From NCBI GenBank assembly GCA_047285805.1, contig JBJBCN010000002.1, forward strand, positions 352,001 to 416,000: a DNA stretch of 64,000 bases. Direction: 5' to 3'. This document shows positions 11,313 to 21,573 of the stretch, one piece after another. This stretch comes from Synechococcus sp. (GTDB taxonomy: Bacteria; Cyanobacteriota; Cyanobacteriia; PCC-6307; Cyanobiaceae). Under the pieces are notes generated by a model. It was not told where the DNA came from. It saw nothing but the letters and a program-made list of their open reading frames with translations, and did no database searches. Each line of letters opens with the position of its first letter. Position 1 is the stretch's first letter. Position numbers and translations under genes: made by a program.

Positions 11313-12137
11313 ATGGCTGAGGCCCTCGATGTGCCCTTCAACCGCCCCGATGCTGGTTTCAATGCCCTGGAGGGCTGGACTTGGATCGGCTGCTATGGGG
11401 GCTATTACTTGCAGTCCAACCTCTTTGAAGCCTTTGAACATGGCTTCTTCACCCGCCAGTGGCATGGCCGGGGCCCTGATGTGTTGGCGGGTTATCTCAG
11501 CGCTGGGGTCAGCGTTCACCTCCCCCAGCAGGTCCATAGCGCTCTTGTTCTGCCGGCGAGCCAGGCCTCTTCAGAACCTTGGCCAGAGGCCGACGGCCTG
11601 GTCGCCGATGCCGGCGCTCAGAGCCTTTGGGTCTGTGGTGCCGACTGCACCCCGGTTCTGTTGGCGGATCCCCGATCCGGCCAAGTGGCGGCTTGCCATG
11701 CCGGTTGGCGCGGGGTGGCCGGCGGGATTGTTCTCGAGGCAATCCGCCAGTTGGAGCAGCGCGGTTGCCATCGCACCGACCTGCTGATTGCGCTGGGTCC
11801 AGCAATCAGCGGTGCTGAGTATCAAGTGGAGCCGTCCGTCCCTGTGGCTATTGCCGAGCAGCTGCAGCAGCTCGATGGGGCCCTCTCTGTGGATGCCGCC
11901 CTGGCTGCTCTGGAGGACTGCGCTGCGCTCAAGCCGGATCCCGATCCCACTCGTCAGCGCTTGGATCTGCGTTTGGCGACTCGTCTGCTGTTGGCGCGGG
12001 CCGGAGTTCCCGTGGATCAGATCAGCGTTTGCCCGCTTTGTACGGCCTCCGAGCCCCTGCTGTTCCATTCCTGGCGCCGTGATCAGGTGAAGGCGGTGCA
12101 GTGGAGCGGCATCGTCTCCCAGCAGTTGCCTAGCTGA
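11313..12137 (+). CDS. pgeF: Peptidoglycan editing factor PgeF (YfiH family)
   Basis: QVH, ADCTPVLL, HAGWRG, GPAI, FHSWRR motifs. Confidence 0.9.
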   Translation: MAEALDVPFNRPDAGFNALEGWTWIGCYGGYYLQSNLFEAFEHGFFTRQWHGRGPDVLAGYLSAGVSVHLPQQVHSALVLPASQASSEPWPEADGLVADAGAQSLWVCGADCTPVLLADPRSGQVAACHAGWRGVAGGIVLEAIRQLEQRGCHRTDLLIALGPAISGAEYQVEPSVPVAIAEQLQQLDGALSVDAALAALEDCAALKPDPDPTRQRLDLRLATRLLLARAGVPVDQISVCPLCTASEPLLFHSWRRDQVKAVQWSGIVSQQLPS

Positions 12138-13824
12138 GATCGAAGCTCAGCTGTCCCTCGGCGGCTTTGCTGCGGCGCGATGGTCGCGTGTTGGCCCGCC
12201 GGCGCCGGGGTTCGCGTTCCGCATCCTCAATTGTTTCGGCGGAGCGCCGGAGGCTGAACCAGCTCAACAACATCATCCAGCCCTCTTGGTCGAGCCGATC
12301 GAGGTCGACCGCTTCGGGGTAGAGCTCCGGTGAGCGCTCTTGGGCCCAGAGCACCTGGCTACCGGCAATGCGATCGCTGCCAAATGGAGTCAAGTCCTCC
12401 GGTAGGCGCGCCATGGCTAGCGGGATGGCTCCGATGCCTTGGCATGAGCTGCTGAACCTCTCCAGCCGCACCTGTCTCGCCTGTTCGTAGTTCAGGACTG
12501 GGGCCGGATAATCCGCCAAGGCCGGCGGCTCTCCCAGTTGGTCGTTGGTGACTCGCTCGAGCTGCGGCAGCCAGCGACGAATGAAGAGGCCATGGGGATC
12601 GCAGCGATTCACCGCGACTTGGCCCGGGTGATAGATCCGTGTCCAGGCCTTTGTGCCCCGATAGGTCGCTCCTGCCTGCATTGCCCATTGGTAGTGGTCG
12701 ATCGGACAGTCCCCATCGATCAGGTGCCGCATGAAATGCAGGGCCCCGTAGCGCCAATCGATGCCGCAGAGGTTGCTGAGAAAGCTGGCGTAGATCGCGC
12801 GGCTACGGAAGTTCAGCTCCAACCAGCCACCGCCACCCCGCAGGCAATGGGCTGCGGCGTCCACGATTGGAAAACCGGTGCGTCCCTCTTTCCAGGCCTC
12901 GTAGTGCTCCGTTTGCTCTGCTGTGAGAGGGGTGTTGTCATCGAAGGCGTTCCAGAGGGAGCGCAATTCCAGTTGCGGTAAATAGCGAAAGCGCTGATGC
13001 ATCGAGCAGCCCCAACGCAGCCGGCTGAAGAGTTGCTGGATGCTGCGCAGGCGACTGCGGTCGGCCTGTTCCCGCGCCCGTTGACCGGCGGCCGTGAGTC
13101 GCTGGAGGCATTGCCTGGGGCTGACGATGCCGAACTTCAGGTAAGGGCTGAGCCCGGAGGTCACCTTGGCGGAGGGATAGCTCAGTTCCCAGTAGTAGGT
13201 CCGCGATTCGGGACCCTCGAGGAACCGATCCAGCCGCTGTAGGGCTGTTGAGGTGCCGGCTTCGGGAATCGGTTTACCATCGCTGAATAGCCCCAGGTCA
13301 CGCAGGTCAGGGACCGGGTTGTCCGGGACCTGCTCGGGTACGACAACGCGTTGCGGTTCGGGCACGAGCGCTGCGGCCATCGCCCCATGCCATTGCCGGT
13401 TCCAGGCGCCGTAGGACTGGAGCTCGGCGCTAGCCCCCGCCGGCTCGATCCACTCCAGGGTGACGCCGTTCCCCTGTAGAGCGCGGCTGACGCGGGCATC
13501 ACGGACCCGCCCAACGAGGCGCTCGCTGTCGGTATGGGCCAGGACGTGACGGCACCTTTGGCTACGGGCAAGGCGAGGAAGAACCTCTTCCGGTTGTCCA
13601 TGCTCAACAATTAATCGCCCCCCCAGTGCACGCAAACGTGCATCTAAGGCACGCAGGGAATGAAGCAAAAACTCAACACGAGCGACGGCAGTCTCAGGGT
13701 GAAACAGCAAGGCGTCATCCAGTACAAATAATGGGATGACAGAGCCTCTTGAGCAGGCCTTCGCCAGCGGTTCGTGATCTTGCGTGCGCAAATCACGGCG
13801 ATACCAAACCAGCGTCGGCGGCAT
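12130..13824 (-). CDS. DNA photolyase/cryptochrome family FAD-binding protein
   Basis: WYRRDLRxxD, SGLSPYLKFG, WKEGRTGFPIVDA, HLIDGD. Confidence 0.88.
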   Translation of the reverse strand: MPPTLVWYRRDLRTQDHEPLAKACSRGSVIPLFVLDDALLFHPETAVARVEFLLHSLRALDARLRALGGRLIVEHGQPEEVLPRLARSQRCRHVLAHTDSERLVGRVRDARVSRALQGNGVTLEWIEPAGASAELQSYGAWNRQWHGAMAAALVPEPQRVVVPEQVPDNPVPDLRDLGLFSDGKPIPEAGTSTALQRLDRFLEGPESRTYYWELSYPSAKVTSGLSPYLKFGIVSPRQCLQRLTAAGQRAREQADRSRLRSIQQLFSRLRWGCSMHQRFRYLPQLELRSLWNAFDDNTPLTAEQTEHYEAWKEGRTGFPIVDAAAHCLRGGGGWLELNFRSRAIYASFLSNLCGIDWRYGALHFMRHLIDGDCPIDHYQWAMQAGATYRGTKAWTRIYHPGQVAVNRCDPHGLFIRRWLPQLERVTNDQLGEPPALADYPAPVLNYEQARQVRLERFSSSCQGIGAIPLAMARLPEDLTPFGSDRIAGSQVLWAQERSPELYPEAVDLDRLDQEGWMMLLSWFSLRRSAETIEDAEREPRRRRANTRPSRRSKAAEGQLSFDLS

Positions 13825-13928
13825 TGATTGAAAAAAAACTCCTGAAAAGTCCGCAAATTGGAGACGATCAGCCTTGTGCAATCGCAGGCTGAGTGTGATG
13901 ATGCAGAAGTTGCATAACTATTTCTCTC

Positions 13929-14294
13929 ATGCTCACCGGAGCTGACCTGCTCGCCAAGGTCAAAGAAATGGGCGACGTGAGCAAATCGGACGTCGTACGT
14001 GCTTGTGGATATGTCTCCACGAAGAAAGACGGCAGCGAACGGCTGAATTTCACGGCGTTCTACGAAGCACTGCTCAACGCGAAGGGCGTTGATTTTGGCA
14101 GTTCCACCGCCAAAGTTGGCAAAGGTGGCCGTAAGCTCAGCTTCACCACTAAGGTGCAATTCAATGGCAACTTGATGGTGGGCAAGGCCTACACCGCCCT
14201 GCTGGACCTCAAGCCCGGTGACGAATTCGAGATCAAGCTGGGTCGCAAGCAGATCCGCTTGGTTCCCCTGGGCGCTCCTGACGAAGAAGAGTGA
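13929..14294 (+). CDS. Cyanobacterial AbrB-like transcriptional regulator
   Basis: LTGADLLAKVK...NFTAFYEALL...GRKLSF...GNLMVGKAYT...PGDEFEIKLG. Confidence 0.93.
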   Translation: MLTGADLLAKVKEMGDVSKSDVVRACGYVSTKKDGSERLNFTAFYEALLNAKGVDFGSSTAKVGKGGRKLSFTTKVQFNGNLMVGKAYTALLDLKPGDEFEIKLGRKQIRLVPLGAPDEEE

Positions 14295-15927
14295 GGCCAA
14301 TGGCTTCCGCGATGCGGATGCCATCTATTGCCGCTGACAGGATTCCACCGGCAAAGCCGGCCCCCTCTCCAGCCGGATAAAGCCCTGGTGTGTTTACGCT
14401 CTCCAGGGCTTTTGTTCTGGGAATTCGCACTGGCGAGGAGGTGCGGGTTTCAACGCCGGTCAGCAGCGCATCATCCATGGCGTAGCCCGGGATGGACTGG
14501 TGGAACTGCGGTAGCGCCTCCCGAATGGCCTCGACCACAAAGGAAGGCAATGCTTGCCCCAGGTCCGCCGGCACCACGCCGGGGTTGTAGGAGGGCTTGA
14601 CCGTCCCAAGCGCAGTTGGTGCGGTGTTGCTTTCGGCGAGGAAGTCGCCCAGTCTCTGCCCCGGTGCGGCATAGCTACTGCCACCTAGCTCAAAGGCCTT
14701 AGCCTCCCAGTGCCGCTGAAAGGCAATGCCCGCCAAGGGGTCCCCGGGGTAGGCGCCGTAGCTCTCGACATCATCGGTCTCGATGTTGACGACGATGCCG
14801 CTGTTTGCATTGCGCTCGTTGCGGGAGTGTTGACTCATCCCGTTGGTGACAACTCGGCCCACCTCCGAGGTGGCTCCCACGACGAGGCCGCCCGGACACA
14901 TGCAGAAGCTGTAAACGCAGCGGCCGTTGCTGACGTGTTTGACCAATTTGTATTCCGCGGCCCCCAGCCGGGGGTGGCCTGCTCTCTCCCCCCAGCGGGC
15001 GGCATCGATCAACGGTTGTGGGTGCTCGATGCGAAAGCCCACGGAGAAGGCTTTGCGTTCCAGGGTCACCCCCTGCTCGTGGAGCATGGCGAAAGTGTCC
15101 CGAGCGCTGTGGCCCACTGCAAGCACCACCTGTCGAGCATCGATGAGCTGGCCGTCCGCCAGCTCTACGCCGCAGAGGCGTCTGCCGCCCTCCACCGGCT
15201 CAAAACAGAGCCGATTGACCCGGCTTTCGAAGCGAATCTCCCCACCTAGCTCTGTGATCTTGAGGCGTAGGCCCCGAACCACCGTGGCCAACTTGAAGGT
15301 GCCGATATGGGGATGGTTTTTGACCAGGATTTCCGGGTTGGCGCCCGCCGCCACGAGTTCCTCGAGCACCTTGCGCCCGAGGTGCTTCGGGTCCCGGACC
15401 TGGCTGTAAAGCTTCCCGTCGGAGAAGGTACCCGCACCCCCTTCGCCGAATTGCGCGTTGGATTCGGGGTTAAACGGTTGAGTCCGTCTCCAGAAGCCAA
15501 AGGTGTCTGCCGTTCGTTCCTTGACTGGCTTGCCGCGTTCCAGTAGCAGGGGCCTAAGCCCCATCTCTGCCAGGACGAGTGCGCAGAAATAGCCGCAGGG
15601 GCCGGCGCCGACCACCACCGGCCGCTGGGGAGTCGGGCTTCCCGGGCTGATCTCGCCAACGAGGCGGTAGCGGGTGTCGCTGGCCGGCTGCAGGTGCGGG
15701 TCACGCTTGAAGCGTTTGAGCAGTTGGCGCTCCAGTTCCGGTTGGAGTTCCAGCTCGAGGCTGTAGGCGATTTGAATTGCCGACTTGCGACGGGCATCCA
15801 CGCTTTCTTTGACCACGCGGTGCGTGAGCAGCCCAACCGGATCGATCTTGAGGCGTTTGCAGATGGCTGGAGCGAGATCCTCCTCCTCGTGATCGAGCGG
15901 CAGTTTCAACTCGCTCAGTCGCAGCAC
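14233..15927 (-). CDS. NAD(P)/FAD-dependent oxidoreductase
   Basis: VVGAGPCG, GEGGAGTFSDGKL, FCMCPGG, GEGAGFAGGI; likely GTG start (MLRLSELKL). Confidence 0.9.
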   Translation of the reverse strand: MLRLSELKLPLDHEEEDLAPAICKRLKIDPVGLLTHRVVKESVDARRKSAIQIAYSLELELQPELERQLLKRFKRDPHLQPASDTRYRLVGEISPGSPTPQRPVVVGAGPCGYFCALVLAEMGLRPLLLERGKPVKERTADTFGFWRRTQPFNPESNAQFGEGGAGTFSDGKLYSQVRDPKHLGRKVLEELVAAGANPEILVKNHPHIGTFKLATVVRGLRLKITELGGEIRFESRVNRLCFEPVEGGRRLCGVELADGQLIDARQVVLAVGHSARDTFAMLHEQGVTLERKAFSVGFRIEHPQPLIDAARWGERAGHPRLGAAEYKLVKHVSNGRCVYSFCMCPGGLVVGATSEVGRVVTNGMSQHSRNERNANSGIVVNIETDDVESYGAYPGDPLAGIAFQRHWEAKAFELGGSSYAAPGQRLGDFLAESNTAPTALGTVKPSYNPGVVPADLGQALPSFVVEAIREALPQFHQSIPGYAMDDALLTGVETRTSSPVRIPRTKALESVNTPGLYPAGEGAGFAGGILSAAIDGIRIAEAIGLTLLRQERPGEPSGSACDPA

Positions 15928-16014
15928 CACAGGTTCTGAGCCTCCTGGCTGTATTCCAGCACCGCACTTCGCCGGCTTCCGCTGCTTAGCCTCCCCGGCA
16001 GTTGTGTTGACGCC

Positions 16015-16797
16015 GTGGAAGCGACCTATTTCGGGGCCAATGGTTGGTTGCTGCAATGGTCCGGACTGCGGGTGCTGGTTGACCCCTGGTTTCGCGGTCC
16101 GCTGGTGTTTCCTCCAGGGCCTTGGTTTTTTCAGGGGGAATTGTCCCAGGCGTTGGAAGTGCCAGGGGAGCTCGACCTTCTGCTCCTGACCCAGGGCTTG
16201 GATGACCATGCCCATCCCGAGACCCTGGACCTGCTGCCCCGCTCCCTGCCGGTGGTGGGGTCGCTGAGTGCGACCAAGAAGGTGCAGCAGTTGGGCTTCA
16301 CCCAGGTCAAGGGATTGCGCCCCGGCGAGACCACAGCCGTCGGTGAGCTTGTCATTCAAGCCACGGCTGGTGCGCCGGTGCCCCAGGTCGAGAATGGCTA
16401 CTTGCTGCGCCACCCCGAAGCCAGCCTCTATCTCGAGCCCCATGGCTATCTTGCGGCGGATCTGCCGCCGGAACCTCTGGATGCCGTGATCACACCGGTC
16501 GTGGATCTGGGACTTCCCGTCGCCGGGGCCTTTGTGCGTGGTCAGAGCGTCTTGCTGGAACTGGTGCAGCGCTTCTCTCCGCGAATGGTCTTGGCGAGCA
16601 CGACCGGAGGCGAGGTGCGCTTCAGCGGATGGCTGAACCGTTGGCTCTGGCAAAAGGGAAGCTCCGCCGAGGCCAAGCAGGCCCTGGGGTCAGCCGCTCA
16701 GTTGATTGATCCTGTCCCCGGCGCCCGCTATGCCCTGGGGAGTGGTCATGGGGCGCACCGTCCTGATCCGCTGTTGTCTTTGCTGGGTTCTGACTAG
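16015..16797 (+). CDS. MBL-fold metallo-hydrolase
   Basis: VLVDPW and LTQGLDDHAH (MBL-type motif). Confidence 0.85.
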   Translation: MEATYFGANGWLLQWSGLRVLVDPWFRGPLVFPPGPWFFQGELSQALEVPGELDLLLLTQGLDDHAHPETLDLLPRSLPVVGSLSATKKVQQLGFTQVKGLRPGETTAVGELVIQATAGAPVPQVENGYLLRHPEASLYLEPHGYLAADLPPEPLDAVITPVVDLGLPVAGAFVRGQSVLLELVQRFSPRMVLASTTGGEVRFSGWLNRWLWQKGSSAEAKQALGSAAQLIDPVPGARYALGSGHGAHRPDPLLSLLGSD

Positions 16798-16821
16798 GGT
16801 TGCTGTTTCTTAACGGACCGC

Positions 16822-17583
16822 ATGCTCTCGCGCTTTCCCGCTTGGTTGAAGCCGATGGTCCGTCAAGCGGCCTCCCTGTTGGCCCCCGTCGCCGTCCTGG
16901 GCGCCATGGTTGCCGGTCCGGCGCTTGCCATCCCCGAAGCCGAGGCCATCAAGAAGCTTCAGGTGATCCCGGTTTTTGTGATCACCGACGCCAATGGCAT
17001 TCCCCTGCCGATCCCCCGGGATGAGGCCCTGGTCCTGCCCCTCTATCTCGAGAGTGATCGGGCCAACGCCGAACTCAAGGCGCTGCTGAAATCGAACCCG
17101 AGCCTGAAGGCCAACGTCACCCCCGTTCCACTCAACGTGATGAACGAGAAGGTCGTGGAGCTCAACAAGCAGCTCAAGGACAAGAGCAAGCCGCTGGTGG
17201 CCCCGGTGGTCATGAATGACGCCGACATGAAGCAGGCCTACACCCTGCTGAAGCAGGAGGGCCTCAGCGACGAGGAGATCAAGAAGGGCCTCAACGTGGC
17301 CGTGTTCTTCACCCAGCCCTTCCTGACCCTGAACACGCCTGACGGCCCCAGGGGTGTCTTCTTCCTGAGCTATGACGAACTGCAGAAGGCCCTCGCGAAC
17401 GTGCCCCAAGCCGAGCGCGGCAAGCTCAAGCCTCGTGTGGCTGATCTCACCGCGGTGATCTCCCAGATCAGCAAGGCCAAGGAAGACAGCTTCGTGATCT
17501 TTCCCACCCGCGAATATTTCCGTCTCGTGGAAGAAGGCCGGACCAAGGCTCAGTCCACCCCTCAGACCAAGCCCGCTAAGTAG
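16822..17583 (+). CDS. Tic22-like periplasmic protein
   Basis: Signal peptide followed by EAIKKLQVIPVFVITDANGIPL; strong host-like codon bias. Confidence 0.75.
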   Translation: MLSRFPAWLKPMVRQAASLLAPVAVLGAMVAGPALAIPEAEAIKKLQVIPVFVITDANGIPLPIPRDEALVLPLYLESDRANAELKALLKSNPSLKANVTPVPLNVMNEKVVELNKQLKDKSKPLVAPVVMNDADMKQAYTLLKQEGLSDEEIKKGLNVAVFFTQPFLTLNTPDGPRGVFFLSYDELQKALANVPQAERGKLKPRVADLTAVISQISKAKEDSFVIFPTREYFRLVEEGRTKAQSTPQTKPAK

Positions 17584-17596
17584 GACTCTGCTGAGG

Positions 17597-17824
17597 TCAG
17601 GCTTCGTTCTCAGCCCCGACCTCAGGAGACCCGGCTTCGGGTTCCGGCTCGCGCATCAGTTGCACGAGCAGCCCGGCTGCGATCAGAACACAACCCACAA
17701 TGATGGCGATCGGCTTGTTCTCAGCGGCCGACGCGGGCCCCCAGACTGCCGTCGCCAGAAACGCACTGCCGAGTAAGAGGGTTGGCACCAAGACGATGCC
17801 CTTGGCTGCCCGATTGATTCCCAA
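17597..17824 (-). CDS. Small membrane protein (GIVxVP type)
   Basis: NRAAKGIVLVP followed by two hydrophobic segments. Confidence 0.75.
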   Translation of the reverse strand: MGINRAAKGIVLVPTLLLGSAFLATAVWGPASAAENKPIAIIVGCVLIAAGLLVQLMREPEPEAGSPEVGAENEA

Positions 17825-17830
17825 CGGCCG

Positions 17831-18199
17831 TCAGCAGGATCCCGATGACGAGGCTAGGCCGGATTCAATCAGCTCGGTTCCGAGGTCGTGGTTGCCTTGG
17901 CCATCTAGGTGGTTGATGTGGGCAATCAGGACACCATCGGCGCTGCCGGTGGGGCGCAGGTTGACCTTGCTGCGACGCGGCAGCTGCTTGCGAATCCAGT
18001 CCACGGCCTTCGCGTCATCGGCGGGATCCACCACGACGCAGGCCAGTTGAACGCTGTAGGTGCGGTTGCGGTCACCAATTTGCAGCAGCGTGCCGCTGCG
18101 CACCTGCAACACCTCGGCCGCGTCGACTGGACTGGACCAGAGCAGCAGGCAGGTGGCCGCTGCCGCGCAGAGGAAGCGACGGATCAGCCTGAGGTTCAC
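17831..18199 (-). CDS. Thermonuclease (SNase)-like exported protein
   Basis: [19 protein letters not shown]; the GTG start overlaps the ilvB stop (GTGA). Confidence 0.65.
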   Translation of the reverse strand: MNLRLIRRFLCAAAATCLLLWSSPVDAAEVLQVRSGTLLQIGDRNRTYSVQLACVVVDPADDAKAVDWIRKQLPRRSKVNLRPTGSADGVLIAHINHLDGQGNHDLGTELIESGLASSSGSC

Positions 18200-20049
18200 A
18201 GCTTGGCGCCGCAGTTGGGGCAGTAGAGGCTCGAGCTGGAGGTGGTGTGGTGGCAGCTGTGGCACTCACGATTGGTGTCGATCGCCAGTTCCGGATGGGA
18301 GGGCAGACCCACCATCTGGGCGTTGCTGGCACCGGGGGGAACCATCGGGTAGCAGTTTTCGTTGCGGCGAACCTTCACCTCGATGAAGGCGGGACCGGGG
18401 TGGGCAAGGGCTTCGGCGAGCTTGCTGCGCAGCTCCTGTCGGCCTTGGATCTGCACCCCTTTGACCCCAAAGGCTTCAGAGAGTGCTGGGAAGTTGGGCA
18501 TCCCACCGGTCATCTCCGAGGCGCTGTAGCGCTCGCCATAGAAGCTTTCCTGCCACTGACGAACCATGCCCTGCCAGCCGTTGTTGAGCACCACGACCTT
18601 CACGGGCAGGTGGTACTGGCTGAGGGTGCCCAGCTCCTGGATGTTCATCAGGATGCTCGCGTCGCCGGCTACGCAGATCACCGGCTCCTCGGGGAAGGCG
18701 CACTGCACCCCCATCGCAGCCGGCATGCCGAAGCCCATGGTCCCCAAGCCCGCCGAGCTGATCCAACGCCGCGGAAGGGTGTGTAGGAATTGTGCGGCCC
18801 ACATCTGGTGCTGGCCGACGTCTGTCGTGAAGAAGGCCTTCGGGGAGAGCTCTTGCAACATCGAGACCACCTCCTGGGGGGCGATGTCGCCTTCGGGAGC
18901 GGGCACTACCAAGGGGTAGTGCTGCTTCCACTGGGCAATTCGCTCCAGCCAGGCTTCGGTGCGGCCTCGGGAGTCTTCTTGGCTTGAAGCCGCCAGCAGG
19001 GCTTCCACGGCCAGTTTGACGTCAGCCACCACAGCGACGTCCGGCAGACGGGTTTTGCCCATCTCGGCGGCGTCAATGTCGATGTGGATGACCTGGGCCC
19101 GCGGGGCAAAACCATCCAGACGTCCGGTGACGCGGTCGTCAAAACGGGCGCCCACCGCGATCAGTAGGTCGCAATCGGTCACGGCGAAGTTCGCATAGGC
19201 GGTGCCGTGCATCCCAAGCATCCCCACCGAGAGGGGGTGGAGCTCATCGAAGGCGCCCTTGCCCATCAAGGTGGTGGTCACGGGCAGCTGGAAGCGCTCA
19301 GCCAGGGTGTAGATGACCGAGTGGGCGCCACTGCTGATGGCGCCGCCACCGACGTAGAGCAGTGGACGCCTGGCCAGGCGAATCAGCTCGAGAGAGGCCT
19401 CGATGGCACTGTGGTCCGCTGCGGGCGGCAGCTTGAAACCGGGGGGAATCGCTGCGCCGGGTTCAACCGGGACGTAGTCAAATTCCTCGACACCCACGTC
19501 CTTGGGCACGTCGATCAGGACGGGACCCGGCCTCCCGCTGGAGGCGATCAGGAAGGCTTCCGAGACGATGCGGGCGATGTCCCTCGGATCGCGCACAACC
19601 CAGGAGTGCTTCACGATCGGCAGGGTGATGCCGAAGATGTCGGTCTCTTGGAAGGCGTCCGTGCCGATCGCAGCCCGCGGCACCTGCCCTGTGATCACCA
19701 CCATGGGCACTGAGTCCATGTGGGCGGTGGCAATGCCCGTCACCAAATTGGTAGCGCCAGGGCCGGAGGTGCCAAAGCAGACGCCAACCTTTCCGGTGGC
19801 TCGTGCGTAGGCGTCAGCAGCATGAGTGCCACCCTGCTCGTGGCGGACCAGGATGTGCTTAAGCCAACCCCGGGACTCGGCTTTGTGAAGTTCGTCGTAG
19901 ATCGGAAGGATGGCGCCGCCCGGATAGCCAAAGATCGTCTCGACGCAATGGCGCCTCAGTGCATCCATCAGGGCGTAGCCGCCACTCACCCGGGTGGGGG
20001 TGGAGTGTTCAGCGGCGGTGGCCGCTTTCGAAACGGACGTCACGGTCAC
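18196..20049 (-). CDS. ilvB: Acetolactate synthase large subunit (biosynthetic)
   Basis: [30 protein letters not shown] and GDAS...NN TPP motif; start uncertain. Confidence 0.96.
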   Translation of the reverse strand: MTVTSVSKAATAAEHSTPTRVSGGYALMDALRRHCVETIFGYPGGAILPIYDELHKAESRGWLKHILVRHEQGGTHAADAYARATGKVGVCFGTSGPGATNLVTGIATAHMDSVPMVVITGQVPRAAIGTDAFQETDIFGITLPIVKHSWVVRDPRDIARIVSEAFLIASSGRPGPVLIDVPKDVGVEEFDYVPVEPGAAIPPGFKLPPAADHSAIEASLELIRLARRPLLYVGGGAISSGAHSVIYTLAERFQLPVTTTLMGKGAFDELHPLSVGMLGMHGTAYANFAVTDCDLLIAVGARFDDRVTGRLDGFAPRAQVIHIDIDAAEMGKTRLPDVAVVADVKLAVEALLAASSQEDSRGRTEAWLERIAQWKQHYPLVVPAPEGDIAPQEVVSMLQELSPKAFFTTDVGQHQMWAAQFLHTLPRRWISSAGLGTMGFGMPAAMGVQCAFPEEPVICVAGDASILMNIQELGTLSQYHLPVKVVVLNNGWQGMVRQWQESFYGERYSASEMTGGMPNFPALSEAFGVKGVQIQGRQELRSKLAEALAHPGPAFIEVKVRRNENCYPMVPPGASNAQMVGLPSHPELAIDTNRECHSCHHTTSSSSLYCPNCGAKL

Positions 20050-20289
20050 GGCGGCGGCGGACAGCGTATTCAGATCCAATCACCCTAAGGTCTGGTCTGA
20101 GAAATGGGCGCTTCAACCCTCTGGCGTCAGTCATTGCTCGCAGCACGACCACCGGGTCCAGCCAGCGGTTCCTTATCTTCACCCCCCAGTGCAGGTGTGG
20201 GCCGCTGCTGCGGCCGCTGACACCAATGGCGCCTAGACGCTCACCGGTTCTCACCATGGAGCCTTGCCGCAGTTCTACCGCTCCTAGGT
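20009..20289 (-). pseudogene. M23 family metallopeptidase, displaced 3' half
   Basis: LGAVELRQGSMVRTGERLGAIGVSGRSSGPHLHWGVK...WLDP is a typical M23 C-terminal segment with HxH. No M23 N-terminus lies directly upstream. Confidence 0.85.
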
Positions 20290-20381
20290 ATGCATCGGGA
20301 ATACCGCTGCAACTCCTGAACTTCTCTTGATCTGACGGTCGGGCTGCTTTCCAAAGCACGCTCCGACCTCGGAAATAGGGG

Positions 20382-20405
20382 ACCCCGAGATTGCCGTCTC
20401 GGGGT
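20382..20405. repeat. 9-bp perfect inverted repeat near the left end of the element
   Basis: ACCCCGAGA-ttgccg-TCTCGGGGT. Confidence 0.7.
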
Positions 20406-20524
20406 TGTTCCTCAGGAATAAAGCACGGAAGACCACGCTAAACCAGAGCAACTAACAGCGGTTTTCTACCCGAGGAACGGCGTCAGGGGCAACCCACGTA
20501 GCGCTCCAGTGGAGTGCGCAACAG

Positions 20525-21136
20525 TTGAACCGCACTACCTATCGCTCCCTCGACGCCGAGGTCGGCTGCCTGCAGGCTTCGATCTTCAAAGAGATCCGTC
20601 GTTGCCTACGACTCAACGGCGGCACCGTCGATGCCAACGGCATCAAGTGGGTCTGGCGCAGCGCCGTCTCGCTGGCCGAGCTCTTCGGCGTCAACGAGAA
20701 AACGATCCGCCGTCACCTGAAAGCACTGGTCAGCCTGGGCTGGCTGAAGCGCGACAAGCTCCAACGCAAGTGGGGTTGGCAGGTCTACCACTACTCATTG
20801 GGCGACAACGCTCCTTTGAAGGGAGTGCCGCATCAACCAGAACAGAAGGCCCGCACTGATGCGGACATGGTGTCTGCTTCTATAAACAGCAAGACCACTT
20901 CCCAGAAAATTCACCACCAGCGCCGAACAGCCAGTCGACCTTCGGTCTCCCAACAGCCGAGAACGGAGCAGTCCCGAGTGGTGACGGCCAAGGCTCTGGC
21001 GACAACCGGAAACTGCTGCCCGGTGCCCAGCGACTGGCCTGAGCTCGATCTGTATGCAACGGCCCTGGCCATCGAAAACACCCGCAATCAATTCCCGCTG
21101 CTGCGCCGCAGGGCTGTCGGATTCGGAGCCGCCTGA
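20525..21136 (+). CDS. Winged-helix/HTH protein, replication-initiator-like
   Basis: WVWRSAVSLAELFGVNEKTIRRHLKALVSLGWL HTH followed by a low-complexity C-terminus. Confidence 0.7.
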   Translation: MNRTTYRSLDAEVGCLQASIFKEIRRCLRLNGGTVDANGIKWVWRSAVSLAELFGVNEKTIRRHLKALVSLGWLKRDKLQRKWGWQVYHYSLGDNAPLKGVPHQPEQKARTDADMVSASINSKTTSQKIHHQRRTASRPSVSQQPRTEQSRVVTAKALATTGNCCPVPSDWPELDLYATALAIENTRNQFPLLRRRAVGFGAA

Positions 21137-21573
21137 GAACAGGCATCAACCCCCCCCCCTGCAGCGCAAGGGATCTTGTTTCAACTGACAGGAGTCAACC
21201 AATGACCGCCATCACCGGAAAGGCCCTGCTCTTCACGGAGTTCCTGGAGCTAATACCCCAACGCTCACAACACTCCTGCAACGTCAGATCAGGAGTACCC
21301 ATCGAAGTTGTCACTGCTGTCACCGCACTGCTGGCACTGATGGCATCGACAACAGGGGCCAGTTGCCAACTGCAGAGGGCAGTGCTGTCACTGGCGGCAG
21401 CGTTTTTGTTGATGGCTCAGGCAGCTATTGCGTGAAGAGCCGGTGATGGGTTCAGGTGCTCAATCATTCACAGTGGAGAGTATCAATCCTCCTCGTCTGA
21501 TTCACCGTACGGAAACAGCTTGACCTACTTGCGGCTGAGCTTGATGTTGGAATTAACTCAGCTGTCAACACAG

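Noticed and set aside
14233..16653. 806-aa ORF as a fusion protein
   Set aside because: The N-terminal extension is the antisense shadow of the MBL hydrolase; the real start is near 15927.
21150..21159. C10 homopolymer as a phase-variation switch
   Set aside because: It is intergenic, downstream of a stop codon and not clearly in a promoter; its length may also be a sequencing artefact.
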